DNA from: Podarcis bocagei
Lineage: Eukaryota
DNA: 64,000 nucleotides
Strand: one strand, 5' to 3'
Assembly: GCA_964188305.1 (NCBI GenBank)
Contig: OZ076894.1
Shown piece by piece: positions 59,401 to 64,000 of this stretch. The number at the start of each line of letters is the position of its first letter. The first letter of the stretch is position 1. Under the pieces are notes generated by a model. The model was not told the DNA's origin. It saw only the letters and a program-made list of their open reading frames with translations, and ran no database searches. The translations under genes were made by a program, and so were the position numbers.

Positions 59401-62154
59401 ATCTCTGAAGTTTTCTCAAAACAGGCATGGTTGTTTTGAAAGGAAGATTCAAAATGGAGTGACTGAGCAAAGAACAGAGGAGGAAAAGAGGGCAGATAAA
59501 TAGCTTCCATTCAATACCAAGAGAACACAATGTTTTTGGTTTAGTATAAGTGGACTGTACTTGTAAGAATTTGTATAATGAATTATAGAGTTGGAGTGGA
59601 ATATCAGAGCCTCTTTTCAGCAGTAAAGATTAGCTACTAGGAACATGGTCCACACACACAGGATGTCTGGTTATAGCTGTGCAGCTTAAACTGTTCCTGA
59701 GCCAGATACCTGCTTAGTTTTAGCTGAAATTACTATTACTGGTTTGTAGAGATGCTTTGCATGTATTTATGACTATTTCCCCAAAACTGCTACTTGAAGA
59801 AATCCCCAAACTTACTATTTTTAAACTTCAAATGGAGCCCAGAATCCAGTTAGGCAATCCTTTGCAGTTGAATTAGGAGGCACTGAGAGACAGCAATTTG
59901 CTGCTCCCCACCCCCACCCTCCACCCCAGGAGCACACAGCCTTCCCTCTGCTTACAAACCTTGTCCGGACTTCAGGGGAAAGCAAAGTCTGTAGGCAGAG
60001 CAGTGTAGCTCCCCACCCCCACCCCCAAAAAGAACCCCAGCAGCACACAATCTTCCCTCTGCTTGCAAACCTTGCAAACCTTGTCGGGACTTCAGGGGAA
60101 AGCAGAGGCTGCCGGTAGAGCCGCGTGGCTCCTCCCCCCACCCCCAAAGAGCAGCCCAGGAGCACAGGACAACAGCGATTTGGCTCCAGGGAACACACAT
60201 TCGCTCCATAAGACGCACAGACTTTTCCCCTTACTTTTTAGGAGGGAAAAAGTGCATCCTATGGAGCGAAAAATACGGTAGATTTATGTGCATCATCAAT
60301 GAGCTAATGTAGCAGAGTACATACAAGGCCAAGCTACAAAGTTAGTAAATTGAAATCTAGTCTACATCTGAGCTCTGTAGATGGCCTCAAGCAAGCTACT
60401 CCCTCTCAGCCTCAGACTCTATCTGTAATATAGGAGAATCTGACCTACCTTACATGGCTGTTGTATGGTTTACAACAAAACAATACATGTTAAATGCATC
60501 AAATGCTTGAAAATGTTATATAAATGCTATTTGTATTATTCCTATAAACTGTAGCAAAAAAACTTTGCAGTTGAACTACCATCATCTGCGGGTATAGGGT
60601 GGTAAATAAATAAATAAATAAATAAATAATAAAAATTCTATTTACTTGTCAGATGGGAATACAAGGAGCAGAGAAACCCAGAAATTACTGTAAATAGCAC
60701 ATATTTTGAAGCCTCTATGGGACAAAGAGACCTGGAGTGCAGCAGAAAATTTAATGGAACTGGGGAGCAGTTGAATGACATCGGAGGTGTCTGGTGGCTA
60801 CAGGGATAGCAAATGACTAGGAAAAGATCTATGTGAGCAAATCTACAGAAAGGTCTCCAGATCCCTTCTGCAGAATAAGGGAACCCAGCAGACTAAAGAG
60901 AAGTTCTCTAGCAAATGTGCAGCATGTCCACAGTGTAACAGCTGTCCTTAGTAGGAAAGAAAATACCAAAACGCTCATCTGACATCCCAAAGGCCCTTTT
61001 GGAGGTTAAACTAATCCTTCTTATAGCATATGGTTACTCAGTTCTACAGTTCCTTAGCCAACTACAAAACAGACCTCATTCCATTATAATGTACACAGGG
61101 GCCTGTTACAAGCATTGCAAATACAACAAAATATCAAAATCCATACATTAAAGCAAGGATATGGAAGTTATGGCTCTCCAGATGTTGCTGGTCTGCAAAT
61201 CCTCTTCTGCACTACACTTTATGAAATTTAAAATACAAGGGCAAATGTGTGTACTTTTAAAAGCAGATGCAACTCCTGAAACCTTTCATTGGGAGTTGAG
61301 ACATTTTCTTGATGTTCTACCAAGTTACAAAATTCCCTTACCTTAGCCTGTCCAATTTCTTTATCTGCAGTCTCAAGCACAATTTCTTTGTGCCTTTCCA
61401 ACTGTTGTGCCAACTGATCTATTTCACTCAATTCTTGGCACAGTTCTTCATTTTTATTGCTTAAATGAGCCACTTCACTAGTGACATTTTGCTTACTGTC
61501 CAGAAGATCTTGTATGCGCATTTCAAGCTCTTTGTTTGTTTGCTGCAGAAATTCAATCTGAAACACATCCACAACATACAAAATGTTTCAAGTTAATAAA
61601 ACAGTAGAAGCACAACTACAGGCAAACAAAAGATAGCAATTAGTTCTCAAATAACTTTCCATTATTAGCTGTAGTACTTTATGTTCTTAGAACATAAGAA
61701 ACATTTGAGATCTGTGGATATTTTAATTAGCTGAATAGCCAAGTCATGAATTTGGTTCCCAAACATTTGGAGGAAACAGCCTCCAAAAATTTTCAGCCAT
61801 ATTATCATTGCTAAGTTAATCGGCTGGAACACAATGACCACAAAAGGAATAAACTAACTTATGAGTAGGTGTAGGATACAGCCAGTAAAATGGGACGTGA
61901 CATCTCTGATCACAGTTATGGAGTCAATTCAGGTGTTTTTGGAGTTGCAGCACTTCACTAAAGCTTTATCGGGAGCTGAGGAATCTTACAAAGGTTTCTA
62001 AGTGAAAGAGGCTCAAACATGTTACCTGTAAATTTAAGTGAGCAATAATTTTTTCATTACTTCTGCTTCTGGCTTCCAAAGATATGACATCATGAGAGCG
62101 ACCGCCATCCAGTGCCAGGCCTAAACGCTCAATCTCACTGTCTCGCAGCTCAAC
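40776..62154 (-). CDS. CEP135: CEP135 centrosomal protein 135 kDa, 20 spliced coding exons in window (N-terminus lies beyond 64000)
   Basis: Exon translations match CEP135 (LALDGGRS, KSPSRLDAF, RERDELQ, AEGQSSSVRLELLSVDTERRHLRER, RERAIQEMRRHGL); all junctions GT-AG with compatible phases. Confidence 0.96.
41168..41305 (-). CDS. CEP135: CEP135 exon ERAIQEMRRHGL...EQAD
   Basis: 138 bp; donor AA|GTATGC; read-through instead stops at 41152. Confidence 0.85.
41526..41720 (-). mobile_element. L2 3' tail with (AAT)n
   Basis: Reverse complement of the L2 3' UTR seen at 4250-4427. Confidence 0.75.
41911..42015 (-). CDS. CEP135: CEP135 exon TSVNREV...TERFE
   Basis: 105 bp, phase 2 to 2. Confidence 0.9.
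42441..42621. mobile_element. hAT MITE
   Basis: CAGGGGTG(G/T)CCAAC TIRs; perfect 8-bp TSD atctagag. Confidence 0.85.
43064..43266 (-). CDS. CEP135: CEP135 exon VISECEDAR...LSESK
   Basis: 203 bp, phase 0 to 2. Confidence 0.92.
44129..44361. mobile_element. Tigger/pogo-like MITE
   Basis: TIRs; related to 19150-19389. Confidence 0.7.
44413..44622 (-). CDS. CEP135: CEP135 exon HIIAHQAYESQISSM...MEFER
   Basis: 210 bp, AG/GT bounded. Confidence 0.92.
44971..45156 (-). CDS. CEP135: CEP135 exon ERENKELL...EKEIQE
   Basis: 186 bp, AG/GT bounded. Confidence 0.93.
46224..46439. mobile_element. Tigger-like MITE
   Basis: CAGTGGAACCTCTA...TAGAGGTTCGACTG with TA TSD. Confidence 0.75.
46982..47092 (-). 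CDS. CEP135: CEP135 exon AISSELEAA...SLMASK
   Basis: 111 bp, AG/GT bounded. Confidence 0.9.
47691..47859 (-). CDS. CEP135: CEP135 exon QLKDAL...TMARENQ
   Basis: 169 bp, phase 2 to 0. Confidence 0.9.
48638..48693 (-). CDS. CEP135: CEP135 exon EKTILNLRQTLTQLESSL
   Basis: 56 bp, phase 0 to 2. Confidence 0.82.
49761..49915 (-). CDS. CEP135: CEP135 exon GKFSNK...DNLANK
   Basis: 155 bp, phase 1 to 0. Confidence 0.9.
49952..50320. mobile_element. hAT MITE with duplicated right end
   Basis: TSD atgaagag/atgtagag; degenerate TIRs. Confidence 0.6.
50279..50488. repeat. 104-bp tandem duplication
   Basis: Two near-identical copies starting at 50279 and 50383. Confidence 0.9.
50659..50774 (-). CDS. 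CEP135: CEP135 exon LLNEQIQKSLD...LEEKT
   Basis: 116 bp, phase 2 to 1. Confidence 0.88.
51410..51561 (-). CDS. CEP135: CEP135 exon LETEHLDQ...KTEINSL
   Basis: 152 bp, phase 0 to 2. Confidence 0.85.
52290..52355 (-). CDS. CEP135: CEP135 exon VHQDEKSKLEQEISDLENTVHR
   Basis: 66 bp, AG/GTAAGT. Confidence 0.8.
52567..53054 (-). mobile_element. Possible degraded solo LTR
   Basis: TGTCAGG...CACA termini and minus-strand AATAAA; no TSD confirmed. Confidence 0.35.
53672..53815 (-). CDS. CEP135: CEP135 exon SQDELNRLRR...REKLK
   Basis: 144 bp; weak donor GTCATC. Confidence 0.85.
54474..54617 (-). CDS. CEP135: CEP135 exon NGDLRLVTRERDELQ...LYER
   Basis: 144 bp, AG/GTAAGT. Confidence 0.9.
55573..55931 (+). 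mobile_element. Sauria SINE
   Basis: Full-length copy homologous to 23049-23412. Confidence 0.9.
56489..56682 (-). CDS. CEP135: CEP135 exon DRELVVELEKMRLE...RKSPEK
   Basis: 194 bp, phase 1 to 0. Confidence 0.9.
57690..57840 (-). CDS. CEP135: CEP135 exon ELSTYRREK...LENLEII
   Basis: 151 bp, phase 0 to 1. Confidence 0.88.
58498..58563 (-). CDS. CEP135: CEP135 exon EEIKKTYTEIQDREETIAKLKS
   Basis: 66 bp, AG/GTAAGT. Confidence 0.88.
58825..60278. mobile_element. Tc2-like non-autonomous element (sister of 36915-38681) spanning an assembly gap
   Basis: TIRs CCGTATTTTTCGCTCCATAGGA and TCCTATGGAGCGAAAAATACGG; TA TSD; internal 105-120-bp repeat at 59903-60170. Confidence 0.75.
59171..59307. other. 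Assembly gap (N run)
   Basis: 137 N; the right edge lies in an L2 tail. Confidence 0.99.
60300..60530 (+). mobile_element. Ancient MIR/CORE-like SINE
   Basis: caagctactccctctcagcctcag...atctgtaa...acctaccttacatggctgttgt core. Confidence 0.55.
61342..61557 (-). CDS. CEP135: CEP135 exon IEFLQQ...EIGQAK
   Basis: 216 bp, AG/GT bounded. Confidence 0.92.
62026..62154 (-). CDS. CEP135: CEP135 exon VELRDSEIERL...AHLNLQ
   Basis: 129 bp, AG/GT bounded. Confidence 0.92.
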
Positions 62155-62631
62155 CTTTGGAGACAAAATCATTATTCTTTTAAAATGATTTAGTGTTGCT
62201 GCTGTAAATGCCTGGCCAGAACTTCTCGACTTAATACATAAGGATATGGGACTGTTCTAGGGTTGCGATGATTTCCAATGAAAACACTCATCATACCAGA
62301 AATTATCCTCAATACCAGTCTGATGTATGGACCATTTGTGAATGTGTTACCAGAGAGGCTGTGATAGCATGCAGGAAGGGTCCTCCTCAAGTGTTCTAGG
62401 GGCCTGTCAAGTTCATCAAAGCCACACATGCCAACACAACAGAGGTAAAGTGCAATGAGATTAAGAATAAGTTTCTTTGGAAAGGAAACTGAATATTAAT
62501 AGGAATCTCTTCTTAGGAAACTGCCTTGGGGTTTGCTGTGGAACTGGTGATGCTCATGCACAACGTTTTATCATTGTAATCACCAAAATGTCAGCTAGGA
62601 TTCCCCCACAATTAACTGGGATTTCCTTTTA

Positions 62632-62872
62632 CAGGCAAACCTCGGTTGTTGAACGTAATCCATTCCGGAAACCCATTCAGCTTCCAAAATGTTCGACAAC
62701 CAGGGTGCGGCTTCTGATTGGTTGCAGGAGCTTCCTGTAATCAAGCGGAAGCCGTGTTGGACGTTCGGCTTCCGAAAAATGTTTGAAAACCGGAGCATTT
62801 ACTTCTCAGTTTTTGGCATTCAGGAGCCAAAACGTTCCAAAACAGGGGGGTTGGGGAGCTGAGGTTTGACTG
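62632..62872. mobile_element. Tigger-like MITE
   Basis: CAGGCAAACCTC...GAGGTTTGACTG with TA TSD. Confidence 0.7.
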
Positions 62873-63515
62873 TACCACAAAAATTCTCAGATAACCCATT
62901 GTACATGTGCGGTCACTCCTGGTGTGGATGCTCGCTATCACATTTTCTTGTAGATGATTTGTCACACATTTTGGTGGGTGGTTTCTAATACCACACACCT
63001 ACTTCTGTTTGCTCCTCACTTGATACAAGTGTGACAGTTTCCACCAACTGTCTTATTCTGGAGGAGTGTCCAAATTTCGACTAGCCAGTTAGGAGGAGTT
63101 GTTCTCTCGAGATATCTACACAGTACAAGTAGGGTATTAACTCAGAAACTGTTATCATAGTAAATACACCAGGCACTTTTGTGCAAGTCCTCAGTATTGA
63201 TTTTTTTAAAAAAACAAAAATTAAATGCAAATCGATACTGCCCAGTTTCTCCCTCATCCCATCTGTAAAGAAAGCACATGCCTCAATTTTGTATTTTGTC
63301 AAATATGGTAACTTGGGCTAGTAACATTTTCTCTCCTATGTTTCCTGTTTTATTTTGTTTTGTTTTATTAAAGGAATACATGCACATAGTTACAAAAATA
63401 TTGTGTGCATGCCCAGAACAGAAAAAGGCAATGGAAGGGAAGGGAGGAACAACTGAGAAGGATAAAAACTCCTCTGTATAAATTCTGTCAAGCTCTACCC
63501 ACTGGGATAGACGGA

Positions 63516-63563
63516 TTATAATATAATATAATATAATATAATATAATATAATATAATATAATA
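63516..63563. repeat. (ATATA)n pentanucleotide microsatellite
   Basis: Read directly from the sequence. Confidence 0.9.
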
Positions 63564-63754
63564 CCAGTGAATAGCCAGGACAGGAAAAAAATAGGAGTTT
63601 GGTGAAAGCTAATGTGCCAAAACTATTAACAGAAAAATTGAACCAATCTCTTTGCGATATAGGGACCCCAACTGAAACCACCCGTATACAGAGTCAGAAT
63701 CCTGACCCATCTAGCTCAGTATAGTTTACACTGACTGCAGCTCTCTAGCATTTC

Positions 63755-63828
63755 AGACAGGGATTGCAGATTGAGTCCGAGATGCTCTGCATGCAAAGCA
63801 TGAGCTGTACCACTGAGCTACATTCCCC
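63755..63828 (-). mobile_element. tRNA-derived SINE head
   Basis: Reverse complement ggggaatgtagctcagtggtacagctcatgctttgcatgcaga... with an A-box-like motif. Confidence 0.5.
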
Positions 63829-64000
63829 ACTGTGTCAGTAGAATGAATACGGAAGTAGCTATGCCAAAGCAAGCCACTACTGGCTTTTAACCAGAACATT
63901 AACAAAATGCTGACAGTTCCTGGGGGAAATGCTGATCTTAAGATCCCTTCTTCAGCAAAGAGAAACTGTAGACTATACTGAAAAGTTAAGAAGCAAAACA

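Noticed and set aside
59119-59408. ORFs spanning the N run
   Set aside because: Artefacts of the assembly gap
62998-63082. Possible further CEP135 exon
   Set aside because: Translation does not match the expected upstream CEP135 sequence

Overview
Vertebrate genomic DNA, most likely a lacertid lizard (inferred from Sauria SINEs, young BovB and L2 LINEs and many hAT/Tc1-mariner MITEs). The right third (40776-62154, minus strand) holds 20 coding exons of CEP135, running to its stop codon; all junctions are GT-AG and in phase. A CpG island at about 34600-35250 is probably the promoter and first exon of the next gene on the minus strand (CRACD/KIAA1211 by synteny), so 1-34800 is mostly repeat-rich intron. 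Two structures stand out. (1) A 1,245-bp non-autonomous hAT transposon (20016-21260; perfect 15-bp TIRs, perfect 8-bp TSD) whose interior is an intact, in-frame 778-bp exon resembling the ARHGEF33 C-terminal region, still flanked by splice acceptor and donor. This is a 'Pack-hAT' that captured a host exon at the DNA level. (2) A TA-targeting Tc1/mariner-superfamily (Tc2-like) element (36915-38681) filled with a GC-rich 148-bp satellite built from alternating inverted 74-bp half-units; the array flips orientation midway, forming a ~1.37-kb palindrome just upstream of the CpG island. A sister element with a different interior lies at 58825-60278. Gene and family names come from recalled similarity, not from database searches.
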